A DNA stretch of 51,006 nucleotides from Vezdaea acicularis (taxonomy: Eukaryota). The stretch is from the NCBI GenBank assembly GCA_026025075.1, contig JAPEUI010000112.1, positions 1 to 51,006 on the forward strand, given 5' to 3'. Below are positions 28,214-41,980 of this stretch, piece after piece. Both the position numbers and the translations under genes were made by a program. Under the pieces are notes generated by a model. The model saw only the letters and a list, made by a program, of their open reading frames with translations. It made no database searches and was not told where the DNA came from. How positions within the stretch are numbered: position 1 is the stretch's first letter; each line of letters starts with the position of its first letter.

Positions 28214-31200
28214 ATGTCGAACTCCGAGACCAGGCCATTGTTGGGCCCCAAGAGGACGAATACATATCGCGGCATACCTAACTTCCTCACCAGAACCGCC
28301 ACAGATGATGCCGCACAACTTAGCCGTCGCACTTCTGGGATGTTTCCATACGGAGGGGATTCTTCGCAGCTCACACCGCCACCGTCAAAGTCTACCCAGC
28401 CTGATAATTTCTATGAGCCCCTCGACAACGACTCCCAGCCCGCACCGCGTCGCCATGAATTCACAAGGAAGGTCTTCGGGAAGGCTAGCGAGAAATTTGG
28501 TTGGAGCTCCTCGAAAAGCAATCGTCGAAAGTCTGAACAAGCACAGCTGTCTGAAGACTCCCCGCTGGTGGGGCACATGCGCGACAATGGCAAGGGTCCG
28601 GCCGGAGCTCCCCTTACACCGAGGACTGGGGCGATGCCTCGTCCTATAGGCGGTTCGGAGAAGTTAGGCACGTATTCGGGTGTATTTGTACCTACGAGCT
28701 TGAACGTGCTCAGTATCTTGATGTTCCTTCGGTTTGGATTCATATTAGGGCAGAGTGGACTCCTTGGAATGATGGCGATGCTGATCGCGTCATACCTTAT
28801 CAACCTAGTCACGACCCTCTCAATCTCTGCAATTGCTACAAATGGCACCGTCCGTGGTGGAGGAGCGTACTACTTGATATCTCGTTCTCTCGGGCCCGAG
28901 TTTGGTGGATCCATCGGCATAGTTTTCTACCTTGGCTTTGTGCTCAATACTGGAATGAACGCTGTCGGTTTGATTGATTGCCTGCGTCAGAACTTTGGGG
29001 AAACGTCCGGGAATTGGTACAATTGGCTACCGGAAAGCTTCTGGTGGAGCTATCTTTGGTCCACAGTCGTCCTTCTACTCTGTACTGGCATTTGTCTAGC
29101 CGGCAGCTCTATCTTCGCAAGGGCCAGCAATGGGCTCCTTATGATTCTTTTGATTGCTACCTTCAGCATTCCTGCGTCCGCTATCTTCATGAGGCCGTGG
29201 GAAAGTAGAAAGATAGGGGTTGAATACACTGGTCTTAGCCTAGCGACTTTTAAGGGTAATCTGATGCCAGGATTCACCAGGGGTGCTGCAGGCAGTCAGC
29301 TCAGAGGAAGAGAAAACTTCCAAGACCTCTTCGGGATCCTTTTCCCTGCGACAGGTGGCATTTTTGCGTAAGTCCTGGATGTTCGGATGGTTGACGAGAA
29401 CTAACCAACGTTCGGCAGTGGTGCAAGTATGTCTGGCGATCTCAAAACCCCAAGCAAGTCTATACCTAGAGGCACTCTCTATGGATTACTCTTGACTTTT
29501 GTATCTTATACGCTTGTGATCTTTGCCATGGCAGCTACCATTACGAGGGCGTCATTTTACAGGAATGTGAATGTGATTCAAGATGTAAGCATATTCTACT
29601 ACGGAGGCTTGCCATGAACTGACAAATCTTGCACAGACTAACGCATCTGCTGTTCTCGTTCTTCTTGGTGAATTCGCAACCACTTTCTTCTCATCCCTAA
29701 TGGGTGTTATCGGCTCAGCAAAGCTCCTTCAAGCCCTGGCCCGAGACAATCTGCTCCCTGGCTTTAAGCTTTTTGGTCAAGGCACTTCCAAAGGCGACGA
29801 ACCGACCTATGCAATTATCTTCACATATATAATTGCGCAATTCACAATGTTATGCGATATCAATCAAATCGCATCGTTTGTGACGATGACATACTTAATG
29901 ACATTCCTCGTCACCAACTTAGCTTGCTTTCTACTCAAGATAGGATCTGCGCCTAACTTTAGACCTTCATTCCATTACTTCAATTCATGGACCGCTGCTA
30001 TTGGAGCCATCGTCAGCGGAGCCACAATGTTCTTTGTGGACGGACTCTACGCTACAGGGTGCGTGGGTATCCTCGTCGTCATTTTTCTCCTCATACATTA
30101 CACTACGCCACCCAAATCATGGGGCGATGTTAGTCAAAGCCTTATATATCACCAGGTTCGAAAATACCTCCTTCGACTACGACAGGAGCACGTCAAATTT
30201 TGGCGTCCACAAATACTACTATTTGTCAACGACCCTCGGCGCTCCTATAAACTCATTCAATTTTGTAATGCGATGAAGAAAGGAGGCCTATATGTTTTGG
30301 GACATGTCATAGTAGCGTCAGACTTTGGCGGTAGTGTACCAGAGGCACGAAGGCAACAAGCAGCATGGAGCAGATACATCGACTTTTCGAAAGTCAAGGC
30401 TTTTGTCAATATAGCAATCTCGCCGGCTCCTGAATGGGGTGCGAGAAATGTAGTGCTCAGTGCTGGGCTGGGCGGGATGCGACCAAATATAGCCGTACTT
30501 GGCTTCTACAATATTGAAGAATACAGGAAAACCAGGCCAGAAATGGACGTTCCTGAATGCCAAAGTGCATCAGTGTCGGAACTTGATAGAGCCGACACGC
30601 AGAGCGAGGGGAGGAATAAGAAAGGCAAACCTGTCCGCCAAAATAGCGCGGATAAAAAATTAGAAGGGCAATTACCCACAGACGTCTGCCGTTCGGAGAC
30701 AGCGATGAGTATCATAAGCTACGTCACAATTCTTGAGGATCTGCTACTGAGATTGCAAATAAACGTTGCTTTGGCAAAGGGATTCAATGATCTCGAATTC
30801 CCCGTCACTAAAGGTAAGAACGAAAAGAAATATATTGATCTCTGGCCCATTCAGATGTCCGCGGAAATTGCGGGCGAAAGTCTTAACGGGGCGAACGTAT
30901 TAACAACGAACTTCGACACCTACACTCTTATCCTTCAGCTCGGCTGCATTCTGGATACCGTGCCTGCATGGAAGAAGGCCTATACTCTTCGTGTAGCTGT
31001 ATTCGTGGAATACGAAATCGACGTGGAAGAAGAGAGAGGACGAGTAACTGGCCTTCTTGAAGATCTTAGAATTGAAGCTCAAGTGCTGGTGTTCTGGCTT
31101 GCCTCCGGGGAATTGCAGACTTACGAGATCATTGTCAATGGTAAAGACTCGTCCGAAGTCTCAGAGGCCCGACAAGAGGTTGATAAAATTTTGGAAGACG

Positions 31201-32420
31201 AAGAATGGTGGGAAGAGATCCAAGATATTCGTAACAAGCCTAGAAATACGCCTGTGATCGATCACGGTTCCGTTTCGGAGGGACTTTCAGTGGCGGGGCC
31301 TTCGTGGCCAACCTCTTCCTTCACGCAAGGTCAGGCTGAAAGAAAGTTAGAGCGATTCCAAGGTCTACGTAAACTCCTTCGGAAATCGAAGAGGAGACAT
31401 ACTATGGATGGTTTGAACAAGCTCGGAGTCAGTCTCGGAATGACCACACATAGATTGCACCCGTCTATTGTCAGCCAGCACGCTTCGCACGGTAGTGCTA
31501 GTGAGGACTCGGGGACAAGTTCAGAGAGTGACACAGATACGGTCAACGAAGGCGGTGATGAAGCAAGCAGCTTGGATGTAGCAAGTGAGAACGACGTAAC
31601 AGATCTTGAGGTTCGAAAAGATGAGAGTAGGGAGACCCAATCCACAGAGGCTCGAGCAAGAAGACGAAGCGCTGGAGAAAGCATGCAGGGTTCTGTACTC
31701 ATCAAAAAGCCTACTCGCAAGCCTACCAGCAAACCATCTAGCACGCATAAATCGATTGGCTCAGACAAGCAACTAGACGATGGCCATCATTCCGACCCTG
31801 ATGCTGCCGTCGCTAGTTCTTCAACTCCATCTCCAAGCGCAGAAGATCCTCCGGAAGCCCCTGTGGAGCCCTCTACTGCCCAATCTGGCACCTCGTCTGA
31901 CCATTCAAAACCATATCCTGGCTCAGGACGACCTCGTCCCAAACGACAATCCTCAATGGCAAAGTTCTCCTCCAAACCTGTGCCAAAAACAACGGTCGCC
32001 ACTGAAGAGGGCGTAGGCCCCTCGATCATGTTCACCGATACGCCGACCCCACCAGGCCGCAAGAATAGGACCCGCCCGTCCATCTACAGAGATGACCGCT
32101 TCCACTTCGCGAGCGAGGTCTCATCAGACGTTGGATCCTTCTTCTCGCAGACTTCGGGTTATCCGTCCAGCCAGTCCATGCCGCTCTCTTTCAACGACCT
32201 GCCCAGCCGAGCACAGCACCTGATTTTGAACGAACTCATCCAGAGGCACTCAGATGATACGGCTGTTGTCTTTACGACTCTCCCGAGTCCGCTGGAGGGT
32301 ACTAGCAAGACTGAGGAGACTTGTATAAGTTATTTAAGCGACTTGGAGGTTTTGTGTCAGTCGCTGCCGCCAACATTACTGGTGCATAGTAACTCGATGA
32401 CTGTGACGATGAATTTATGA
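28214..32420 (+). CDS. VHC1: SLC12 cation-chloride cotransporter (Vhc1-like)
   Basis: KLGTYSGVFVPTSLNVLSILMFLRFG, GGGAYYLISRSLGPEFGGSIG, FPATGGIFAGASMSGDL, HVKFWRPQIL; introns ~29368-29418 and ~29585-29636. Confidence 0.92.
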
Positions 32421-32662
32421 GGCATAAGCAGGACAGTTCATGTAAAGGAATTTATATAAACAGAGAGGGCATATGGGAAGGGCATGATAGAATTATACGA
32501 AAATTGTACTTTATGTAAGGATTATATTGAACGAGCGACGGAGCAGTCCTGCTAGGCTAAATCTTTGCAAAATACTCAACCCTATAGCTAAACAGAACGT
32601 CGGAATATAGCTATACCCTTAAGGAAATTGCTATGTTCGAGCATAGAGATATGGATCATCGT

Positions 32663-35600
32663 TCACTGCATCATGATATCTTCCTCAACGGTTATGCTCT
32701 CATCAGTACTCTCATCTGAGCTCTCACCCGATGAGATTATCATCGGATCATTCCAGATCATAGAGCTCTCCGCATTCTCTTGCGGTGGTCCATGCTGCGA
32801 TTGCTCATGAACAGACTCGGCTTCCATTGCATCCTTACCGGCCTCTTCGATCTGTTTATCAATAGCACTCATCCTGTGGACGAACTCCGCTTGCAGCTTG
32901 CGTAACCAAGCAGCCAACACTTCTCCCTCCATTTTTCCATCACGTGCTTGGACCAGTGTCTCTCGCAACGTCAATATGAGTTTTCGACGCTGGGCCAATG
33001 CGACAGCTTTGGATCGCTCCCTGCGCTTTGAGATCTGCTCGTTAAGCTTAGCAGAAACCGCGTTCGCGACTTCAAGGACAGCCGGAGGAAGATCAACGAC
33101 TCGAGCCAGTGCGAGTCCATATTGCTTATCCTGCACACAGCCGTCAGAAATCTTATATAGCATGGTCATCCTGTCCGCATCAGTAACAATGACAGCTAGA
33201 TGGAGGTTGACTACGCCGTTGCGTTCCGCTAGGATGTTGGCAAGGTCTCGAAAGTGTGTGGCGAACCAGATCAGCGCCTTACTGCCAATGAGAGCTTCGG
33301 CGACACTAATAGCGATTGCAAGACCATCTCGTGTGCTGGTTCCTCTGCCAAGCTCGTCAATTATTACCATACTCTTTGGGTTTACGTTTCTCAAAATGAA
33401 AGCTGTCTCACGCATCTCGGATGCGAACGTTGAAATGTTAGCTCCAGCACTATCATCAAGTGAGACCCGGGCAAACAGCTGATGTGTGACTGGGAAAGAC
33501 GCATATTGGGCCGGAACACTGCTTGGGCATCAAATCCGGTCTGCAGGCGGCTCGCCCTATGACACGCAGACTTACAAACATCCAATCTGAGCCATCACAG
33601 TGAGAAGTGCGATCATTCTGATGTACGTGCTTTTACCTAGGTCAAGTCAACAACGCCCTTGAGAAACGGGAGGTCGGGCATACCGCTCATGTTACATCCT
33701 AAGCAAAGAATTGAAGTCAGCCGTAGGTGAAAGACATACTAATGATTTCCAGACACTACGGACCTGTGATTATCTGCAGACGAGACTGCTGAGTAGCATA
33801 TACGTCATTCGGGACAAATTTATCGGCGTGGATCTTCTCTCGAATTGGATGACGTCCTCCCTTGATGGCTAGAGTGTCCGTAAATTCGGGTCGTACTACG
33901 TTAATTAGTATCTCGAAATATATGAAGTCAAAGGGCAGTACCATATCCCTGACTAGTGACGAGTTGACCAAACGAGGCGATCTGAACGAATAAGATAAGG
34001 CTCCAAAGGATCCGAAACAAGATCTCACCATGTCCAAAGTCGCCAGACTGTCAGAGAGTCTAAAGAGCACATGCATCTCATCACGAACGTCTTCTGTCAG
34101 CCTTACGATTGTCTTATCACCTGCAATTCATATTATTCACTGTTCAATAATTATACTGGCTGCCCTACTCATTAGAATGACTTCTGTATGCGAGTCACCA
34201 ATCTATAAATCATCAGTGGCTTTCAACAAACGGTGACGTATCACTACCTTCTGATTTCGCTGGACAAGGCCCAGAGTTTGACATTCGATCCATCCCTTCT
34301 TGCGATATACGTTTACAAAAACTGGAGGAAGCTCGCGATCTTCAAGCTGAGAGGCTTGTATTCGAATGTAGAACCTACGTGCAGAGTCGTATTTAGTCTC
34401 TAACACGATGTCGTATTGTGCTATAGAGCTTGAGTATATTTTCATGCAGATTGACTGGGGAACGTCTACCTCCTAATGCAGAGACGTCTTGGTACACATC
34501 AGCGATTGCCTCGTGGAAGGTCTGGCGGGCAACATCAAGAAGGCCATTTACCCCTGACTTTGAACAGAATGTCAGGTATGGATAGAAAATAGGGGGACGT
34601 TGCAAACCTCGACTGCGTGCGTTCTTTGATTCAACAAATCAAGAGGCTGATTAGAAAACGCAACGTCTCGGTTGATGACTTTATGTATCATCTCTTGGAT
34701 CGGTTCTATCTTTGCAGGGACACAGCACTAAGAAGCCTTAGATCCAATTTGCAAATATGACAGAACGGAAATTTACGTTTCTTATCGAGACAAGGAGATG
34801 AGACTTCGCCCCGGCTAGAGCTTCATAGACAGGTTTTACAGAATTCACCAGGTGTTTTAGTAATATGATGTTGTTGATAGCTTGCTCAGATCTCTCGAGA
34901 GTGGTCTTAGTAGGGATCGTGATCAGCTGGCAAAGGTTAACACTACTTTAACACCAGAGCATTGGCACGTACGGCTGTCAAAAGCTTGTCGACATCCTGG
35001 AATGGTTTCAACGCTATTCCGAGTCAGTCTATAGTCGTTATTGGGAGGGATCTCCGCCTTCGGGCTCTTTGACGAGCCTTGTCTTATCGCCATGAACATT
35101 TCCTCTTTATGCACCAACTCCTCCAGCATATCTAGCCTATCTTGCAGGACACTAAGGTCTAGGCTCGGCTGTAAGATGCTGCTTCTGAGCATTCTTGACC
35201 CCATCGGGGTCAGGGTCTCGTTCAGCAAGCCGAAAAGGCAATCCCTAGATTTTGTGTTCTGCAAGTTTTGGATAAGCTCTAGGGACCGAATAGTTGGTAG
35301 ATCAATCATCATGGTCCCCTCTGGTGGCTCGTGTTTGATCCGAAGGGAGTGGTAAGAGAAGGTAGCAGATAAAGCCAGGTCAATATATTTGATAGCCTGG
35401 TTGTAAAGAGAGTCAGGTGCTGTAGAGTGCAGGTGAAGCTCTTACACCTACAGCAGCAAAGCAGCAGGTGGCGAAGTAATTCCCGCCAATCGCTATCTTT
35501 ATAGCTTCAACATCTTGAGCAAACGCAAGCTGCTGGATATAGTCCAAACCAGCTATCTCTGCCCAGTATCTTCTCTTAAGTGGCACGATAGGGCAATTGT

Positions 35601-36006
35601 TCACATTTTCCTCGATAATAGAACACATCGTTGAGCGAGGGTTAACAGCTGTAGAAACCATGAGTATGCATGAAGGTTCAAATATCTGTAGCTTCAATAT
35701 GGTCCTGACGTAAGACTTGCTATCATTGATCTGACTGAGGACAACCTCACTCGTAGAGAGATTGACGAAGGCAATCCCTACAGTAGGAGAAACACCACGG
35801 GACTCGCTCATAGCGCATATGATATTTTGAGATGCCACACCTCCGATCGTAGAGGTGCCAGTCCTTGGTCTTCCACTGGTCCTTGGGCGCGAGGTGCTAA
35901 GCCTACCGCTATGTGGCCAAGACGTGGTTATGGTTGCTCCATAATGAGAAGGATTAGCTGTAGAAGCTGAGCTGTATGTGCTCGTTACCCTTCTACTTGG
36001 TGCCAT
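32663..36006 (-). CDS. MSH4: Meiotic MutS homolog 4, multi-intron
   Basis: ICAMSESRGVSPTVG, SLELIQNLQN, VKSGVNGLLDVARQT-like segment, Walker A GCNMSGKST, IIDELGRGTST, FATHF. Confidence 0.9.
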
Positions 36007-36331
36007 TTTGTTCAAGGTCCGCGTAGAACAGATATTAAGCGCAACAGAAAACCTTTGAAGTGTAAGGCCAGCCTTGGTACCGACTGGTATTGTTTCTTCT
36101 GGCCACTTGCCAGTTGTAAAGGTAGAATTTCTTGATGTCCCGGGGTCGCCAATAAGGGAGAGCTGTACAAAATTTCGGGCTTGGCGCTTTGTTGTCGGCA
36201 GTCGGAGCTTGCATTTCCCGATGGGACTGAAAGGTAAATCCGAAAAAATTCATGATCGCGATATCAAAACTATGATGTAGAAAAGCCGTTCAGAACCGCA
36301 CCTATATACGAACAGGTTACAAGCCAAAATA

Positions 36332-37947
36332 ATGGCCACAGTAATCCCTCCACCTAGTAAAAGAATCAAAACTGCGGCTGCAGCCAGGGCGCGTGAGCAG
36401 CAGGATGTGGCTGAAGTGGCTCTACCATCTGGAAGTATTCGAATCCAATTCCATGACTACTCGACAAGAAAGACCGTCGGCGCACCAGTCCTTGTCCCTC
36501 TAGCATATTCCAAACCATCAGACCTACAACAAATATATAGGTCATTACAAGGAGATGTTAGTCTACTTGCATAGCTAGTCGGAATCTAAACGCTGACGGG
36601 TACTAGGATGCGTCCAAAGACCATTCCTTTCAGTTCGTGTTGATGCCAAAGAAAAGTGGCAGTGAAGATGTGGCCACTTCATCAGAACTCTTAGTAAAGC
36701 GGAATTTGTTTGATGATGTGATCGAGGCTGGGTACAAGACTACAGAGGAGGATGCCGCCATATTTGTGAGGCCACAAGCAGTATTTAAGGTCAGAGCTGT
36801 TACAAGATGCTCGTCAAGTATCTCTGGACACGGAGAGGCTATACTTGCAACACAATTCTCTCCTAGGAACTCTTCAAGGATGGCTAGCGGCAGCGGCGAT
36901 TCTACGGCACGTATATGGGATTGCGACACAGGTACACCATTGCATACCCTCAAAGGCCATACGAGTTGGGTGCTTGCGGTAGCCTGGTCGCCCGATGATA
37001 CAACAATTGCGACCGGAAGCATGGACAACACCGTCCGTCTTTGGACAGCTATGACAGGCAAGCAGATGGGAAGCCCTATGAAAGGTCACACCAAGTGGGT
37101 TCGAAATCTGGCATGGGAGCCCTATCATGTTCAGAGACCGGGAAACCCTAGATTAGCATCGGCGTCGAAAGATGCGACGGTGAGGATATGGAATACCACT
37201 ATTCAGCGAGTCGAGATCGTGTTAAGTGGACATAAAGGCTCTGTTTCCTCTGTCAAATGGGGAGGCCTTGGATACATTTACACGGCGTCAAACGATAAGA
37301 CAATCAAAGTTTGGAAGGTAGAGAATGGAATACTGGCATATACGCTCAACGCACACGCCCACTGGGTCAATCATCTTGCGCTCTCCACTGATTTCGTCTT
37401 ACGCACTGGCTACTACGATCACACAGGAAAAGTTCCAGAAAATGAAGCTGGAAAAATAGCAAAGGCAAAGTCGAGATTCGAGAAATCAGCCATGCGGGGT
37501 GGTGAGATCATCGAGCGACTAGTTTCAGCAAGTGATGATTTTACAATGTATTTATGGGAGCCTTTCAAGTCAACAAAGCCAATCCAAAGGCTCCTGGGCC
37601 ATCAAAAGCAAGTCAATCATGTAACTTTCTCCCCAGACGGCTTTTATATTGCCTCGACTTCCTTTGACAATCATATCAAGCTCTGGAGTGCTCAAGAGGG
37701 CAAATTCATTTTCACTCTTCGCGGTCATGTCGCTCCAGTTTATCAATGCGCATTCTCACCCGACTCGCGTCTATTGGTAAGCGCATCAAAAGACACTACC
37801 CTCAAGGTATGGGATGTTCAGACAGGAAAACTCTCGACAGATCTTCCTGGTCACAAGGATGAGGTATATGCTGTGGACTGGAGTCCTGATGGGCTGATGG
37901 TTGGTAGCGGAGGAAAGGATAAAGCAGTTCGGATCTGGAAAAACTGA
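36332..37947 (+). CDS. RSA4: WD40 ribosome assembly protein Rsa4 / Notchless
   Basis: MATVIPPPSKR, PQAVFKVRAVTRCSSSISGHGEAIL, HAHWVNHLALSTD, SASDDFTMYLW; one intron (~36557-36607). Confidence 0.93.
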
Positions 37948-38465
37948 ACACTCATCGATTCATTCAGAGCGATCTCCCATACAGATTCCTTGACTGCTTC
38001 AGTCATATTTGCCAGGGGTGCGACTTTCCGATCGCACTTTGAAACGCGAAACAATGGTGTAAAGTTGGCATGTCCCCTGTTAAGCGCGAGCCACAGACGT
38101 CAGAGCAAGCGCGCCTCTCCTCCGTTCCTGCATCACCCTCCAACCGACACATTGCATGCGCCATTCCCAGAAACCTGCGGAATCTTCTGTTTTTGGGCCT
38201 CAATAAAGAGGATCTTCTGTCCATTTTCGAGGCTTAGACATGGCGCTAGTCGTGGTGTCACTTGCACGCTCTTTTCCTGCTTCCGATTCCGCTTTATCGC
38301 GATGGCCGTATATCGTATATATACATTCTCATTGTTTCCTCAATTTCCCTTATCCACTTGAGACTAGTTAATCAGGACTGATCACCCACCCATGATTCGC
38401 TCTCTTCATGGTTTATGCTCTAGTTCCTAGCATCCTCCCTTTGCTTTAAGAGCATCAGTTTACAT

Positions 38466-39122
38466 ATGCTCCTCCTACCATCTGCTCTACTGGTCGTGCT
38501 CCTCACGGCGACAGCTCAAGCTGCCACAATAACCGTCACTGCCTCTGCTTCTATTCCTACCCCCTCGGACTACACCTCCGACTCTGACTTCAAAGCCGAC
38601 GCGCTCGCGTCCCATAACTTCTACCGCGCCCAACACAACGCCTCTGCCCTAACCTACAACGATACCCTCGCAGGCACTGGCTCTGATTGGACCAAGGGCT
38701 GCAAATGGGCGCACTCAGGTGGTCCCGATGGAGAGAACCTCGCAGCCGGCTATAATAGCACGAATGCATCGATCACGGCGTGGGTGATGGAGCGGGAACA
38801 GTACAACTTCGCGAAGCAGGGCTTCAGTGAGCAGACGGGACATTTCACCCAGGTCGTGTGGAAGAGCACGACGAGTGTTGGCTGCGGGAGGAAGCTATGT
38901 AATACAAAAACCGTTCCGGGGTGGTATGTCGTTTGCGAATACTGGCCTCCGGGGAATGTAGGCGGTCAGTACGATTCGAACGTGCAGCAGATCATTAGTG
39001 GAGGTGGGAATCAAGGCGGTGGTCTAAATATCCAGGGTGGAAAGAGCAATGCCGCCCCACTGGAGATGAACTGGTCACACTGGCTGCTTCCAGCTGGGGC
39101 GATCTTGCTACACATGCGGTGA
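38466..39122 (+). CDS. Secreted CAP/SCP/PR-1 (Pry-like) protein
   Basis: Signal peptide, HNFYRAQH, GENLA, GHFTQVVW, VVCEYWPPGN, hydrophobic C-terminal tail. Confidence 0.9.
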   Translation: MLLLPSALLVVLLTATAQAATITVTASASIPTPSDYTSDSDFKADALASHNFYRAQHNASALTYNDTLAGTGSDWTKGCKWAHSGGPDGENLAAGYNSTNASITAWVMEREQYNFAKQGFSEQTGHFTQVVWKSTTSVGCGRKLCNTKTVPGWYVVCEYWPPGNVGGQYDSNVQQIISGGGNQGGGLNIQGGKSNAAPLEMNWSHWLLPAGAILLHMR

Positions 39123-39427
39123 CATTTTCTGATCGGGCATTTTTTGATGATATATTGGTGTGCTGGTGTAGTCTTAACTTTATTTGAGCGATGATACTCC
39201 TCTATAGCGATATTATATCATGGCAAAATTTGTACTCAACCTATCCAATGCCAATAAAGTGACGTGCTGAGCCTCCACTGCCCTTTGGCCGGATATACTC
39301 GAATGCTATAACCCTGACAGGGATGAACCGCCAAGAAGTATCACAGAACCTTCTCCTATGTTCAATCCTCGTCTTCTTTGGGACTCATGTTACTCAGAAG
39401 GATAGCGCTCTGCGCTGATGCTGGCTG

Positions 39428-40740
39428 CTAGCTTCTAACCCACTCCGTCTCGATCCTGAAGAATATCCACAACCAACGCCTCCCAACTTCGAGTAACTCC
39501 ATAACAAAGATTCCTCCCTCTAGGTCGTTGAAGTGGTCCAAATGAGGCGAGAGCTTGAAGCTCCACGTACATCGAAGAAGCAAATCGATGACAATAGCCG
39601 TGTAGTACACCTCTTTCGCCTCAAAATGCAGTTTACGACGAAGCCCAAGCGGGTAATGAGGTGATACCCGGGCGGCCGAGAAAAGTGTGAGATCCCAATC
39701 TTTAGCGACGTCCCAATAGAACGAGTAGAACGAATTTAGAAACACGAAGAATAGCCAGAGTCGGAATAGTCCCGTTTCGCTCATGCCGATCTTTGAAGAA
39801 TCGTAGCCACGTTGCAACGCACTGAGAATTATAACTGGGAGCGCAGTGGAATACTTCAGGGCGTTGGCCAAATGCTGGCCCCCCCATCCAGCAGCTCCGA
39901 TACCGCCTTGCTTTGCATTATCCTGCCTCACACGTAGGTATTCTATCAAGCACTGACGCAGCCGGATCATGCTCGGTATACTGATGATGATGGGAACTAT
40001 ATAAGCCCCTCCACAGCTCCGGTCTGGCTTTGCGGTTGATGTTGCGCCTGGTGAAACGAACATGCATAGGGAGACGAATAGGTCACCCATGACCTTCGCA
40101 TATGATGTAAGCACATCAGCCATGAGGACGTCTCCGAATCTACCATCATTCGGACGGGCGATACCACCTAAGCAGACTCGTTTGAGGGTTGAGAGGAAGC
40201 GGTATCGACCACTCTGCGATAATGTTGAGATGGGGAGTAAGAAGAGGATGATAAGAAGAAAGAAGTAAGATTGCGGCAGCAACTCATAGCTAAGGACTAA
40301 GGAAGCTTTGCCGTGGGTAATGAGCCAAAAAAGCGAAAGCGAAATTGCTAATGGGATCGTGAGGAAGGTTGCCAGGCGGTACGTGGACAGATGGTGGGAA
40401 GGATGCGTCGGTGAGGACCGCGAGGGGTATCGTATAAGAGCGGGAACATCCTGCATACATTTTGAGCGTGAACATCCAGCATGAGGCATGAGAGCGCATA
40501 CGATTTTGAGAATAGACAGGTAATGCAAATTTGCGCCCCAAGCCCAAACGCCTGGGATATGAGTCAGCCCTAAGTTCAGAATGTGATTTCTTCTTTCAAT
40601 ATTCAAAAGCCCACAACAAAGTTGTCCGCGCCGGAGAGAATATGCGTACCAAGAACGATGATGATTGCGACTCTGTACGGAAGGGGTAAGACTAAGCTGA
40701 AAGGGTCCAATTCTGGCTCCACAGCCGCATCACCGTCCAT
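39428..40740 (-). CDS. ERD1: EXS-family protein Erd1 (possible readthrough extension to 39362)
   Basis: Exons 40740-40650 and 40551-39428; FGDVLMADVLTSYAK, RLRQCL, HLANALKY, SFYWDVAKDWDL, LEVGRRWLWIFFRIETEW. Confidence 0.88.
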
Positions 40741-41002
40741 GGCCGCAACTTTCGCCAGGCCACGCTAAAATCATACCCTTAGGAGAGTGACAAAGTCAAA
40801 CTTGTCTTAAGGAATGACTTGGGTGAGGATTGCCCTGGGTATATGTGCAGATCTTGATTCGCGTGCCCTGTGTCCTCAACTTTTTCTCCGATGATACTAG
40901 CCGCTTTAAGAATTTCATGCAGCCACACTTTCCTCAAGCCACCACGTTTATATGCGACCCTTAGAGCGCTACCAGAAACCCACAAACGGCTTCTAGATAA
41001 AG

Positions 41003-41727
41003 ATGGCTCCAGCACAGAAGAAACGGAAGACCTCAGATATGAGCGTCGAGGAGATCAGCTTCGACTTCGACGCTAGGACAGATTATCTGACGGGCTTCCA
41101 TAAACGGAAAGTGCAGAGGATAAAGCGCGCACAAGAGGAATCAGCAAAGAAAGAAAAGGCTCTTAGAATTGAAGCCCGGCGGAAGGTGATGACATGAGCC
41201 TCCGTTCTCTAGGATCCTCTGGCTAATTACTACGAGTTCAGCTTCGGGAAGATCGTAAACTTGATCTAGAGAAACATGTTGAGTCCGTCAACGTCCTACT
41301 GAGAGAAGCGATCCGATCTCATAGTGAAACTGATGGAGAAGAAGAGGATGCTGAGGAGGTCGAGGAATGGGGCGGCTTTGCAGAAACGCCAGCCCAAGTC
41401 AGTATAGACCACGAAGCTGAATACATTGATGAAGGTCGATTCACGACCGTCAGCGTGGAGGATATCAATATCACAAGAAACGGCATAGAAAAGGCAATAG
41501 ACGGGGAAATTGATTCGCATCTGCATGACCATGCGGATGGTTCGGCTCAGAGAGTCGTACATAGGGATGGCGAAGGCACAGGGAAAAGAGTTTGGACAAA
41601 AGCCAAGCCAGATCAACCTAAGAAGAAGAAAAAGAAGTTCCGATATGAGAGCAAGGCAGACCGAAAGGTGACCCGGCATAAGGAACGAGCAGGGGGTAAG
41701 GCGAAGGCGAAAGCGCGCCGTGAATGA
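41003..41727 (+). CDS. RRP17: rRNA-processing protein Rrp17 / Nop25 family
   Basis: EEISFDFDARTDYLTGFHKRKVQR and KKKKKFRYESKADRK; one intron starting ~41187. Confidence 0.88.
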
Positions 41728-41980
41728 ACAAGCATAAATGGATAATGCAACCAAGTATCAAGCCAATGGCAGAGTGCCTGCACCATCTTTGTCACCAGCT
41801 GCACCGGCACAGACCAGTATCAAAATATTGTAGGCTTAAATATTATTCTGTGAAAGCAACGCTTGAATGCCCACTCCACGTATGAGTACCTAACCAGGCC
41901 TCTCTGCTCAAGCACACAAGCCCCACTACACGGGGCATGATCACTCCCTATAACAACAAATTTCATTGCATCTGGTCCGC

